In this document: positions 9,770-21,314 of the stretch, piece by piece
Numbering within the stretch: position 1 is the stretch's first letter
Layout of the letters: every line of letters begins with the position of its first letter
Source: Rhodocyclaceae bacterium
GTDB taxonomy: Bacteria > Pseudomonadota > Gammaproteobacteria > Burkholderiales > Rhodocyclaceae
Length of the DNA: 64,000 bases
NCBI GenBank assembly: GCA_013426785.1
Contig: JACDZI010000003.1
Location: forward strand, 14,361 to 78,360
Direction of reading: 5' to 3'
Notes under the pieces: model-generated
The model's input: only the letters and a program-made list of their open reading frames with translations
What the model was told of the DNA's origin: nothing
The model's database searches: none
Program-made: the position numbers and the translations under genes

Positions 9770-12415
9770 ATGAAACGCATGCTGTTCAATGCGACGCAAG
9801 CCGAGGAACTCCGCGTCGCGATCGTTGATGGTCAGAAACTGATCGACCTTGACATCGAATCGGCCGCAAAAGAGCAACGCAAGAGCAACATCTACAAGGC
9901 TGTCATCACCCGCATCGAGCCCAGCCTCGAAGCCGCCTTCGTCGATTACGGCGCCGAGCGTCACGGCTTCCTGCCCTTCAAGGAAGTCTCCCGCAGTTAC
10001 TTTGCCACCGATATCGAACCCGGCCGCGCCCGCATCCAGGACGCCCTCAAGGTTGGCCAGGAACTGATCGTCCAGGTCGAGAAGGACGAGCGCGGCAACA
10101 AGGGCGCCGCCCTGACCACCTACGTATCGCTCGCCGGCCGCTATCTGGTCCTGATGCCCAACAACCCGCGTGGCGGCGGTGTTTCGCGCCGCATCGAGGG
10201 CGAAGACCGCCAGGAATTGCGGGAAGTCATGGATCAGCTGGAAGTCCCCAACGGCATGAGCCTGATCGCCCGCACCGCCGGCATCGGCCGCAATTCCGAA
10301 GAGCTGCAGTGGGACCTCAACTACCTGCTGCAACTGTGGCGGGCCATCGACGGTGCCGCCAAGTCGCAGACCGGTGCCTTCCTGATCTATCAGGAATCCA
10401 GTCTGGTCATCCGCGCCATCCGCGACTACTTCCATGCCGAGATCGGCGAGATCCTCATCGATACCGACGACATCTTCGACCAGGCCCATCAGTTCATGAG
10501 CCATGTGATGCCGGGCAATGTGTCGCGCGTCAAGCGCTACCGCGATGACGTGCCGCTGTTCTCGCGCTTCCAGATCGAGCACCAGATCGAATCGGCCTAT
10601 TCCCGCCAGGTCACCCTGCCCTCGGGCGGCGCTATCGTCATTGACCACACCGAAGCGCTGGTGTCCGTCGACGTCAACTCCGGCCGTGCCACCAAGGGCA
10701 GCGACATCGAGGAAACCGCGTTCCGCACCAACTGCGAAGCGGCTGACGAAATCGCCCGCCAGCTCCGTTTGCGCGACCTCGGTGGCCTGATCGTCATCGA
10801 CTTCATCGACATGGAGTCGAGCAAGAACCAGCGCGAAGTCGAAAACCGCCTGCGCGATGCCCTACACTTCGACCGTGCCCGCGTCCAGACTGGCAAGATC
10901 TCCCGCTTCGGCCTGCTGGAATTGTCCCGCCAGCGCCTGCGCCCGGCCCTGGCCGAAACCAGCTACATCACGTGTCCACGGTGCACCGGCACCGGCCACA
11001 TCCGCTCGACCGAATCGGCTGCGCTGCACATCCTCCGCATCCTCGAAGAGGAAGCGATGAAGGAGAATACCGGCGCCATCCACGTGCAGGTTCCGGTCGA
11101 CGTCGGCACCTTCCTGCTCAACGAGAAGCGCGTCGATATCGCCCGCATCGAGGCGCGTCACCGCGTCAATCTGCTGATCATCCCCAACCGCCACCTCGAG
11201 ACGCCGCAGCACGAGATCATCCGCCTGCGCCACGACCAGTTGAACCAGGAAGGGCAAGCCCTCGCCAGCTACGAGATGGCGGTCAAGCCGACGGAAGAAG
11301 CCAGCGCCTCGCTCGCCGCGCAAGCCGAAGGCAAGGCGCCCCGTGCGGAAGCTGCCGTGAAGGGCATTACGCCTGACCAGCCGGCACCCACGGTCGCACC
11401 GAAGGAACTTCCCCCTCCCCCGCCGGCACCCGGTTTCTTTGCCAAGATCATGTCCATCTTCTCAAGTGGCAAACGCGCAGAGCCGACCGAAACGCCAAGG
11501 AAGGAAGAAGCTCCGGCACGACGCGAAAAGAGCGAACGCAACGAGCGCGGTGACCGAGACCGTGGCGGTCGTGGAGGTCGTGACAATCGGGACAGGAAGG
11601 AAGGTCGCGATAAAAACGAGCGGGGCGATCGAACTGAACGGGGCGAGCGCAAGGAACGTCCGGTCGAATCCGGCAACAAGGAGCGGGATAACCGTCAAGG
11701 CAACCGCAAGGAGCGCGGTGAGCGCAGCCCCGACAACCGTCGCGAAAATCGGGCGGCCGACGCCAATGTAAATGGCGGTAGCGAAAACCGGCAACCTCGC
11801 AACAAGCCGGCCGAAACGCAGGCGACCGATGCACCGGCCCTCATGGCCCCCATTCCTGCCGACAATGCCAGCTTTGAGAGCAATGGCGACGGTGGTCGCC
11901 GGCGTGGTCGTCGTGGTGGGCGCGGTCGGGGTGAGCGACGCAATGAAGAAGCGGTCAACACCTCCAGTACCGAGGTAACCGACAGCATTATTGAAGTTCC
12001 CGTCCGGGCAGATGCACCGGTTGCCGCTGCCGTGCTGCCAGCACCGACTTTTGAGGCTCCGCTGTCAGCCAAGCCGGTTCCTTGGCCCACGCCGATCCCG
12101 ATGGCACCGGCTTTACCCGCCATCGAAGCGGTAGTCGAGCCGGTACCTGTGCTTGCTTCGCCAGTCGTCGAAGAAACCGCGCCGCAACCTGTCGCCGTTC
12201 AGGACACCATTCCCGTTGTGATCATCCCTCCCGCGGAACCTGTTGACATGTCGGCAGAGCTACAGAAGGCGGGATTGCAACTGATCGAAACAGTCAGCGC
12301 CGCGCCTGTATCAATGGTGAACACGCCGGTCCAACCCCTTGGACGCAAGCCCAAACCACCGACGATCCTCAATGATGAACCATTGCAAATGGTGGAAACC
12401 CAGCCCAAGGAATGA
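9770..12415 (+). CDS. rne: Ribonuclease E
   Basis: MKRMLFNATQAEELRVAIVDGQKL ... catalytic N-terminal half, CPRCTGTG Zn-link, Arg/Glu/Asp-rich and Pro-rich scaffold C-terminus. GGAG lies before the ATG at 9770. Confidence 0.95.
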   Translation: MKRMLFNATQAEELRVAIVDGQKLIDLDIESAAKEQRKSNIYKAVITRIEPSLEAAFVDYGAERHGFLPFKEVSRSYFATDIEPGRARIQDALKVGQELIVQVEKDERGNKGAALTTYVSLAGRYLVLMPNNPRGGGVSRRIEGEDRQELREVMDQLEVPNGMSLIARTAGIGRNSEELQWDLNYLLQLWRAIDGAAKSQTGAFLIYQESSLVIRAIRDYFHAEIGEILIDTDDIFDQAHQFMSHVMPGNVSRVKRYRDDVPLFSRFQIEHQIESAYSRQVTLPSGGAIVIDHTEALVSVDVNSGRATKGSDIEETAFRTNCEAADEIARQLRLRDLGGLIVIDFIDMESSKNQREVENRLRDALHFDRARVQTGKISRFGLLELSRQRLRPALAETSYITCPRCTGTGHIRSTESAALHILRILEEEAMKENTGAIHVQVPVDVGTFLLNEKRVDIARIEARHRVNLLIIPNRHLETPQHEIIRLRHDQLNQEGQALASYEMAVKPTEEASASLAAQAEGKAPRAEAAVKGITPDQPAPTVAPKELPPPPPAPGFFAKIMSIFSSGKRAEPTETPRKEEAPARREKSERNERGDRDRGGRGGRDNRDRKEGRDKNERGDRTERGERKERPVESGNKERDNRQGNRKERGERSPDNRRENRAADANVNGGSENRQPRNKPAETQATDAPALMAPIPADNASFESNGDGGRRRGRRGGRGRGERRNEEAVNTSSTEVTDSIIEVPVRADAPVAAAVLPAPTFEAPLSAKPVPWPTPIPMAPALPAIEAVVEPVPVLASPVVEETAPQPVAVQDTIPVVIIPPAEPVDMSAELQKAGLQLIETVSAAPVSMVNTPVQPLGRKPKPPTILNDEPLQMVETQPKE
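12032..12052 (+). repeat. Motif copy 3 (degenerate)
   Basis: gtgctgccagcaccgactttt, 3 mismatches, preceded by gcc. Inside rne, sense, read as LPAPTF. Confidence 0.7.
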
Positions 12416-12425
12416 TGAAAATCAC

Positions 12426-12455
12426 GCGCCCGCACACCTACGGGCGCTTCTCATT
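12426..12455. terminator. Bidirectional rho-independent-type terminator between convergent rne and the phosphatase gene
   Basis: gcgcccg-cacaccta-cgggcgc stem-loop (12426-12447), flanked by gaaaat on the left and ttctcatt on the right. Confidence 0.55.
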
Positions 12456-12940
12456 CAGGGATGGTGCAAGCGAATAATCAGGCCGGCAGCGGCATCCTCG
12501 ACCAGATCGAGCACATGCTCGAATCCCTCCGGTCCGCCGTAGTAGGGGTCAGGGACTTCATCCTCCACGTAGCGACCGGAGAAATCCAGGAATAGGCCAA
12601 GCTTGGCCTGATGTGCGGCTGGGCAGGCTCGTTTCAACAGGGCAAGGTTCTCCCGATCCATCGCCAGGATGCTGTCGAAGCGCACGAAATCATAGCTATT
12701 GACCTGCCGCGCCCGCAAGACCGACAGGTCGTAGCCACGCCGCGCCGCCGCCTGGCAGGCACGTGCGTCAGGCGGCTCTCCGATGTGATAGCCATGCGTC
12801 CCGGCGGAATCGAACTCGAAATGTGCTTGCAGCCCTTGCCGTGCAGCTACGGTGCGTGCGACACCCTCAGCTGTCGGCGACCTGCAGATATTGCCCATGC
12901 AGACGAACAGGATGCGCTGGCGCAACAGCAACATCAACAT
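12455..12940 (-). CDS. Low-molecular-weight protein-tyrosine phosphatase
   Basis: ILFVCMGNICRSPTAEGV P-loop (CX5R-S/T) and DPYY motif; 161 aa. Confidence 0.9.
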   Translation of the reverse strand: MLMLLLRQRILFVCMGNICRSPTAEGVARTVAARQGLQAHFEFDSAGTHGYHIGEPPDARACQAAARRGYDLSVLRARQVNSYDFVRFDSILAMDRENLALLKRACPAAHQAKLGLFLDFSGRYVEDEVPDPYYGGPEGFEHVLDLVEDAAAGLIIRLHHP

Positions 12941-12943
12941 GCT

Positions 12944-13270
12944 TCAGAACGGCAGCTTCATTCCCGGCGGCAGCGACATCCCGGCAGTCAGAGCACCCAT
13001 GCGTTCCTGCATGGTCGTTTCGGCGCGGCGATTGGCGTCGTTCATCGCTGCGGCAATCAAGTCTTCAAGCATTTCCTTGTCGTCCATCACCGATGGATCG
13101 ATGATCACACGCTTGACGTCGTGCTTGCAGGTCATGACGATCTTTACGGCGCCCGCCCCGGACTGCCCCTCGACCTCAATGCTGGCCAGCTCTTCCTGTG
13201 CCTTGGTCATGTTTTCCTGCATTTTTTGTGCTTGCTGCATCATCTTGGCGATGCCGGCCTTGTTGAACAT
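12944..13270 (-). CDS. ybaB: Nucleoid-associated protein YbaB/EbfC
   Basis: 108 aa: [20 protein letters not shown] ... Lies immediately downstream of dnaX. Confidence 0.92.
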   Translation of the reverse strand: MFNKAGIAKMMQQAQKMQENMTKAQEELASIEVEGQSGAGAVKIVMTCKHDVKRVIIDPSVMDDKEMLEDLIAAAMNDANRRAETTMQERMGALTAGMSLPPGMKLPF

Positions 13271-13282
13271 TGGAGTTTTCCT

Positions 13283-14836
13283 TCAGATGGGTTTGATGGT
13301 TGATTCGTCGATGCTCGCGTCGAACAGGTCGCAGGCCTCGCGCACGAAGGGATCACCCTTGATCGCGGCGATGGCACGCTCCTGGCGCTCGCGCCTTTCG
13401 TTTTCGGCCTTGGCTTTCGGGGTCTGGCCAGCCGGTTCGACCAGTTGGATATCGAGAGTCAGCGCTCGACCGTAATGTCTGGCCAGTTCCGCGCGCAGTT
13501 TGTCCTGATGCGGCTGCAGGTGCTTATGAGTCGGAGCAATGCGCAAGACGATACCAGTGTCAGACTGGCGAGCAAGTTCGCAGTGCTGAGCCAACTGGCG
13601 AACCATGCCAGTCAGGGGTAACTGGCCGACCAACGCATGCCAGTCACTGTCAGCAGCGACGCGTTCCACTGGCGGCACAGACCTGACCGGAGCGGAGGTC
13701 ACCACTCGCACCGCTGCCGTCCCGCCAGCGCCGACTTTTATCGGTTCATGGTCGCTCGCAGGTCGAAACGCAAACAGACGCAGCAGCGTCATGCCGAAGC
13801 CGGCTGCCTCGTCGGGCGCCAGCGCCAATTCATCGCGACCGTGGATGAGGATCTGGTAACACAGTTGCAGATATTCGGGATCGAGACGCTCGGCATACGG
13901 GGCCAGCCGTGACTGCTCCGCAGCGTCGGGCAGCGCATCAGGCGCGAATTGCAGCAAGGCGATGCGGTGCAGCAGCGTGGCCAGTTCCAGCAGGGCGGAT
14001 TCGAAGCTCAGGCTGCGTTCCTCGATCGTCGCGGCGACCGCGAGCATGGCATGGATGTCGCCAGCGACCACCCCATCAAGTAGGGCATAGAGGTGATCGT
14101 CGCCCACCGTGCCGAGCATGGCACGCACCCCCTCGTCTTCAATGCGGCCAGCGCCGTGGGCGATCGTCTGATCGAGCAGCGACAAGGCATCGCGCATCGA
14201 TCCGGCGGCGGCCTTGGCGAGGTGACGCAGTGCCGCTGGCTCGAAGGCCACCCCCTCGGCGTCGAGCACCCGCGACAGGTGATCAATGATATGACCGGGC
14301 GGCATCTGCTTGAGGTTGAATTGCAGGCAGCGCGATAGTACGGTCACCGGAATCTTTTGCGGGTCGGTGGTCGCCAGGATGAACTTGACGTGCTCGGGCG
14401 GTTCTTCCAGCGTCTTCAGCATCGCGTTGAAGGCGTGGCCGGACAACTGGTGCACTTCGTCGATCATGTACACCTTGTAGCGGCCGCTGTTGGGGGCATA
14501 GGCCGCCTTCTCCAGTAACGCCGCCATATCCTCGACACTGCGGTTCGAAGCGGCATCCATTTCGACGTAATCGATAAAGCGACCGGCATCGATCTCCAGA
14601 CAGGACGAGCAGACGCCGCAGGGTGTCGGCGTGATGCCTTGCTCGCAATTCAATGCTTTCGCCAGGATGCGCGCGATGGTGGTCTTGCCGACGCCGCGCG
14701 TACCGGTAAACAGGTAGGCGTGATGCAGACGGTTTTGTTCGAGGGCGTGCGTGAGGGCGCGCACGACGTGCTCCTGGCCGACCAGCGTGTCAAAGGACTT
14801 GGGGCGCCACTTGCGGGCCAGGACGAGATAGGACAT
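13283..14836 (-). CDS. dnaX: DNA polymerase III subunit tau/gamma
   Basis: MSYLVLARKWRPKSFDTLVGQEHV ... GTRGVGKTT Walker A, CGVCSSC zinc module, DEVHQLS. Confidence 0.95.
   Translation of the reverse strand: MSYLVLARKWRPKSFDTLVGQEHVVRALTHALEQNRLHHAYLFTGTRGVGKTTIARILAKALNCEQGITPTPCGVCSSCLEIDAGRFIDYVEMDAASNRSVEDMAALLEKAAYAPNSGRYKVYMIDEVHQLSGHAFNAMLKTLEEPPEHVKFILATTDPQKIPVTVLSRCLQFNLKQMPPGHIIDHLSRVLDAEGVAFEPAALRHLAKAAAGSMRDALSLLDQTIAHGAGRIEDEGVRAMLGTVGDDHLYALLDGVVAGDIHAMLAVAATIEERSLSFESALLELATLLHRIALLQFAPDALPDAAEQSRLAPYAERLDPEYLQLCYQILIHGRDELALAPDEAAGFGMTLLRLFAFRPASDHEPIKVGAGGTAAVRVVTSAPVRSVPPVERVAADSDWHALVGQLPLTGMVRQLAQHCELARQSDTGIVLRIAPTHKHLQPHQDKLRAELARHYGRALTLDIQLVEPAGQTPKAKAENERRERQERAIAAIKGDPFVREACDLFDASIDESTIKPI
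13719..13739 (+). repeat. Motif copy 4 (exact)
   Basis: gtcccgccagcgccgactttt preceded by tgcc. Inside dnaX, antisense, read as KVGAGGT. Confidence 0.95.
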
Positions 14837-14847
14837 GGCATGATTCT

Positions 14848-14882
14848 AACAAACGAAAATGGGCGCCCCACTTGGAGCGCCC
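14848..14882 (-). terminator. Rho-independent terminator after the Spy/CpxP-like gene
   Basis: Minus strand: GGGCGC-10 nt loop-GCGCCC (14861-14882) followed by ATTTTCGTTTGTT. Confidence 0.6.
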
Positions 14883-14904
14883 GCCATCATGCGAACTAAA
14901 GACT

Positions 14905-15441
14905 TCAGCTTTGCGGTGCGGGAGCCGGGCCGGGGCCGCGCTGCATGTCACCGCCCTGCGAGCCGCGTCGGCTGCTCTTCTGCGGTCCCATGCGCGCTGC
15001 GTACTGATCGGCTACGGTTTTCTGCTCGGAAGTCAGTGCGGCGTAGAGCCGGTTGAAACTCTCATGAACCCCCTTCATGGCGGCAACATGCTCTTCCATC
15101 GCGGTCTGCATCTTTGCCATGCGCTCCGGTGCAGTCAGCTTTTCATCGCCCGACTGGCCGCGCATCGCCTGGAAGCCCTTGCCGGCATGGTCTTTCATCT
15201 TGTCGGCATAGGCCTGCCAGAGTGGCTGCTGATCGGGAGTGATCTTCAGCGTGTCTTTCATCACGGCAAGATGGCGTTCGGCACGCTGGGCAGGATCGAA
15301 CTTCATGCCAGCCTGCTTGCCGCCCATGGGCCCCATGCCCATCGGCCCGGTGTTATCGCAACCGCGCCCCTGAGCAACGGCCACTCCAGTAAGGGCAGTG
15401 GCAAGAATCAAACCGGCGATGATCGAATGTGTGCGTTTCAT
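14905..15441 (-). CDS. Periplasmic Spy/CpxP-family (LTXXQ-motif) protein
   Basis: Signal peptide (IIAGLILATALTGVAVA). Two LTXXQ-like motifs (ITPDQQPLW, LTSEQKTV). Met/Gly-rich. Confidence 0.7.
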   Translation of the reverse strand: MKRTHSIIAGLILATALTGVAVAQGRGCDNTGPMGMGPMGGKQAGMKFDPAQRAERHLAVMKDTLKITPDQQPLWQAYADKMKDHAGKGFQAMRGQSGDEKLTAPERMAKMQTAMEEHVAAMKGVHESFNRLYAALTSEQKTVADQYAARMGPQKSSRRGSQGGDMQRGPGPAPAPQS

Positions 15442-15676
15442 GATGTTCTCCTTGGGATGTGTGAGTTGGCAGGAGAGATTAGGCGCCCCGGATGTAAGCA
15501 GCCCATGGCGGCTTTGTAACCGGGTATGTTGCCTGAAACAGCATTAAAACGAGTTGGGGAGGGGCGGCGAGCCTGACCCCCGGCACTTGCAGATAACGGC
15601 TTTGGCTGCTTCCTTCCGGACCTGACCAGATGAACCATCCCGCAATGCGGGGAGACCCGCCACGATATAGTTTAGC

Positions 15677-15697
15677 AGAAGTCGGCGCTGGCGGGAC
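15677..15697 (-). repeat. Motif copy 5
   Basis: Plus strand agaagtcggcgctggcgggac, 1 mismatch. Intergenic, 6 nt beyond the stop codon of the hybrid kinase. Confidence 0.9.
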
Positions 15698-15702
15698 CGC
15701 AG

Positions 15703-18396
<2,694 letters not shown>

Positions 18397-18403
18397 TGAC
18401 AGC

Positions 18404-19555
18404 CTAGGCTTCGCCCAGCAAAGTGATAGTCATCGTCTGGTTGTGCAAATGACAGGCACTACCTGGCTGAAACGGGCTGATCTCGCCGTAGGAATAATAG
18501 CCGGTGAGCGTCACCTCTTTTCCCAGCACGTCACCGACAGCTTCGATCTCCCCATCCACTCGGTCGCCCATCACGAGTTTGCGGCCGACACAACTGACCA
18601 GGATGGCAAGGCTGGGGCCGGATGTCTTGGTCATGGCTGCGGCGGCGGCGGCGGCAGATTCGGCCCCGCTGACAAGGCGATCCGTACTCGCGTGCATCAG
18701 CTTGAGGTAGCCGTGTGGATCGATCATACCCGCCAGTGTCAGGCTGCCAGCGGTTTCGTCAATGCCAAGGATGGTGCGGATTAGCCCCAGCGCATCGTGG
18801 TCCTGGCCATGCATGGCAAAGGGAAACAGCAGGCCCGAGGCCGGTAGATCGGCAGCATGGTCACCCAAATAGCGCTTGTAAACGTCCAGAGCGGATTCGC
18901 CGTCGAGTTCGTAAAGCACGTTGCCGACCGAACGCGTCACCTTGCGCGCTGGACCAAAGGATTCCCATCCACCAAACGAACCGTGGGCAAATTGCAGATC
19001 GTCGCCGGCAAAACCGACAGCAACAATGGTACGGTCACTAGCCCCATCCGGGCCGAGGGTATAGGTGTGCTGAAAGGTTCCGCCATCACCCGCCAGCCCA
19101 CCGGTGATGGGTAACTGAACGCCCACATGACGGGCAATGCCCTCGACGAGGGCACTGCCGTTGATCCGAACGCCCGGCCCGAACACCATCATCGCCTTGA
19201 GATCACGCGCCGCCAACGCAGCACCGATCCGCTCGCCGGCGGCCAGGGAGTCATCCATTCCATTCAGGATGGTGCTGGCCGGTGTCAGGCGGCTCTTTTC
19301 CAGGCGCACTGCGGTGACAACGCAATGACCATCATGCACGGTCGTGGCGGCAATCTCCCCCGCAGTCGAGCAACCAATCAGTACTGCCGAGGGAAATGCC
19401 CCTTGCAACACTGCGACAAAGCCTGTGTCGGCAAGAAAATCGACCGCAGCAAACACTGTGACCCAGTTGGGCTGGATCGCTGCCAGCGGCACCAGCAAGG
19501 TCGCGGCGGCGTCAGCCGAAACCGGTTTTTTCAGGGTGATCTGGCTGATTAGCAT
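18404..19555 (-). CDS. FIST-domain sensory protein
   Basis: FIST_N/FIST_C-like sequence (LIGCSTAGEI ..., LFPFAMHG ..., YSYGEISP). ATG at 19555 preceded by GGAG. 7 nt from the downstream kinase. Confidence 0.75.
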   Translation of the reverse strand: MLISQITLKKPVSADAAATLLVPLAAIQPNWVTVFAAVDFLADTGFVAVLQGAFPSAVLIGCSTAGEIAATTVHDGHCVVTAVRLEKSRLTPASTILNGMDDSLAAGERIGAALAARDLKAMMVFGPGVRINGSALVEGIARHVGVQLPITGGLAGDGGTFQHTYTLGPDGASDRTIVAVGFAGDDLQFAHGSFGGWESFGPARKVTRSVGNVLYELDGESALDVYKRYLGDHAADLPASGLLFPFAMHGQDHDALGLIRTILGIDETAGSLTLAGMIDPHGYLKLMHASTDRLVSGAESAAAAAAAMTKTSGPSLAILVSCVGRKLVMGDRVDGEIEAVGDVLGKEVTLTGYYSYGEISPFQPGSACHLHNQTMTITLLGEA

Positions 19556-19619
19556 AGTCCACTCCTCCGCTTTTTCCTGTGATCCGATTATGAGCTTGCC
19601 ATTGTCGCCAATCGCAGGC

Positions 19620-20492
19620 TCAGTTGGCAAGAAGGAAATCCCGCACCAGCGCGATTTGGGCATCATTCAGGAACATCGGCGCATGGCCGACACCCGCGAC
19701 CTCAACGCTACAGGGGCGGGGACCGCGCTCCCGCATCGCCGCCACCGTATCACGCGACAACAGGTCGGAATGCTCGCCGCGGATCACGCAGGTCGGGCAG
19801 CGAATCGCATCGTAGAGCGGCCACAACTCGACATCCTGCCCGGGCCCCTGTGACTGCGCAGCGGCCAGGAAGGGCGCCGCAATACCCGGGTCATAACGCA
19901 GTGCCAGCCGTCCTGCCAGCGCCGACTTTTTCACCACGCTTTCCGTCAACTGGCGCCATTGCGCAGCGGAGAGATTGCCGAATGGCGCACCCACCGCACG
20001 AATATAGGCCTCCGCTGCCTCGATCGAGTCGAATTCAGGTGGATTGGCCAGGTACTCACCGATGCGACCGAGCGCCGCCGCCGCTATCACCGGCCCGACA
20101 TCATTGAGGATCAACTTGCGGATGGGCGTCTCGGCCTGTGCCGCCAGCCCCATGCCGATCAGCCCCCCCATCGAGGTGCCGAGCCAATCGATCGATTCGA
20201 CATCGAGGCGCGCCAACAACACCATCATGTCGGCAACGTACTGGGGGACGGCGTAATACTGGGAATCGCGCAACCAGTCGCTCTGCCCGCGCCCCACGGT
20301 ATCCGGACAGACAACGCGGTATTCGTCACACAGCGAGCGGGCGAGAAAATCGAAATCGCGACCGCAGCGCGTCAGACCATGCACGCAAACCAGCACACGG
20401 GGATTGTGCGGATCGCCCCACTCCACATACGCCATGCGGTGCAGTCCCGCCGGCGAGAGGCAACGGACTGTCCGCTGGCGAGGATCGGCCAT
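19620..20492 (-). CDS. Alpha/beta-fold hydrolase
   Basis: VCVHGLTRCGRDFD ... GTSMGG nucleophile elbow; 290 aa. Confidence 0.8.
   Translation of the reverse strand: MADPRQRTVRCLSPAGLHRMAYVEWGDPHNPRVLVCVHGLTRCGRDFDFLARSLCDEYRVVCPDTVGRGQSDWLRDSQYYAVPQYVADMMVLLARLDVESIDWLGTSMGGLIGMGLAAQAETPIRKLILNDVGPVIAAAALGRIGEYLANPPEFDSIEAAEAYIRAVGAPFGNLSAAQWRQLTESVVKKSALAGRLALRYDPGIAAPFLAAAQSQGPGQDVELWPLYDAIRCPTCVIRGEHSDLLSRDTVAAMRERGPRPCSVEVAGVGHAPMFLNDAQIALVRDFLLAN
19910..19930 (+). repeat. Motif copy 6
   Basis: gtcctgccagcgccgactttt, 1 mismatch, preceded by gcc. Inside the hydrolase gene, antisense, read as KSALAGR. Confidence 0.9.
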
Positions 20493-20494
20493 AC

Positions 20495-21297
20495 TTACAG
20501 CCAGCGTAACAAGACGTTGCGAAACTTCGAGGCGGTCATCTTGTCTTCGTTACTCCATGCCGGCTGAAGCCACTCTTGATCTCCACCCATTTCTCGAACG
20601 AACGGCGCGGGGACAGCATGGTGACACCGGTATTCTCGACCACCGGCTTGTTCGGGTTGCCAGCCCAGGCCACTTCCTGCGGCTCGGCCGGGCGAAACCA
20701 GTAGAAACGCACCCAACCCGAGCGCGGTGAACGCGTCTTGATCGCCATCATCCCGCTGATGCCACCCAGAATGGCGAACTGCTGGGGAAACAGGGCTTCG
20801 AGGCTCTGGGTCGTGGCCACGGCGTCCTTGCACTCGTTGAGGAACCAGCTATCAGACAGGACAATGCCGATGGCGCGCTCGTCGAACTCGTCCGCCATCG
20901 ACTGAAACATCAGGTTGATCGACGGCTTGGGTGCCACCTCGGGCGACGGCGTGGTCAGGTGGAAACAGCCATTCTGGAAAGTCAGGTTGGTACCGGGAGG
21001 AATGATGTAGACAATGTCGGTGCGGGGCAGTTCGTTGTCCACCAGTTCGCGCACCGGGATGCGCGTCTCGCGGGCGAGAATCTCCGCCATCATGCTCCGA
21101 TGGGTCGACGACATGTGTTGGGCAACCACGGAAATACATTCGAGGCCCGGAGTCAGCCCACCGACGAACTGGCTCAGCGCTTCTAGGCCACCGGCCGAGG
21201 CCCCAATACCGACAACATGGGGATGGGAAACTCCCGAAATCCTGATAGAGGATCGCTCTGCTGGCGAAGTCTTGCTATTCGAAGGTTTCTCAGCCAT
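20495..21297 (-). pseudogene. Remnant of a CheB-methylesterase / phytochrome-like sensor kinase gene (internal deletion, frameshift, 3' truncation)
   Basis: The N-terminal ~150 aa match the CheB catalytic domain (VVGIGASAGGLEAL ... AIGIVLS) but stop before the GTGSDG region. This is fused directly to a PHY/GAF-end-like segment (WFRPAEPQEVAWAGNPNKP ... LSPRRSFEKW). The expected continuation (PAWSNEDKMTASKFRNVLL) is in another frame. No kinase domain follows. Confidence 0.6.
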
Positions 21298-21314
21298 TTG
21301 CCGCCATCACGGGA

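Noticed and set aside
11440-11960. Repetitive Arg/Glu/Asp/Asn-rich coding DNA (ERGDR, KERGER units) that could be mistaken for a tandem repeat element.
   Set aside because: It lies in the non-catalytic scaffold region of RNase E, which is characteristically low in complexity and Arg-rich.
13283-14836. Search for a programmed -1 frameshift site (A AAA AAG type) in dnaX that would produce the gamma subunit.
   Set aside because: No A-rich heptanucleotide slippery sequence was seen in the gene, so no claim can be made.
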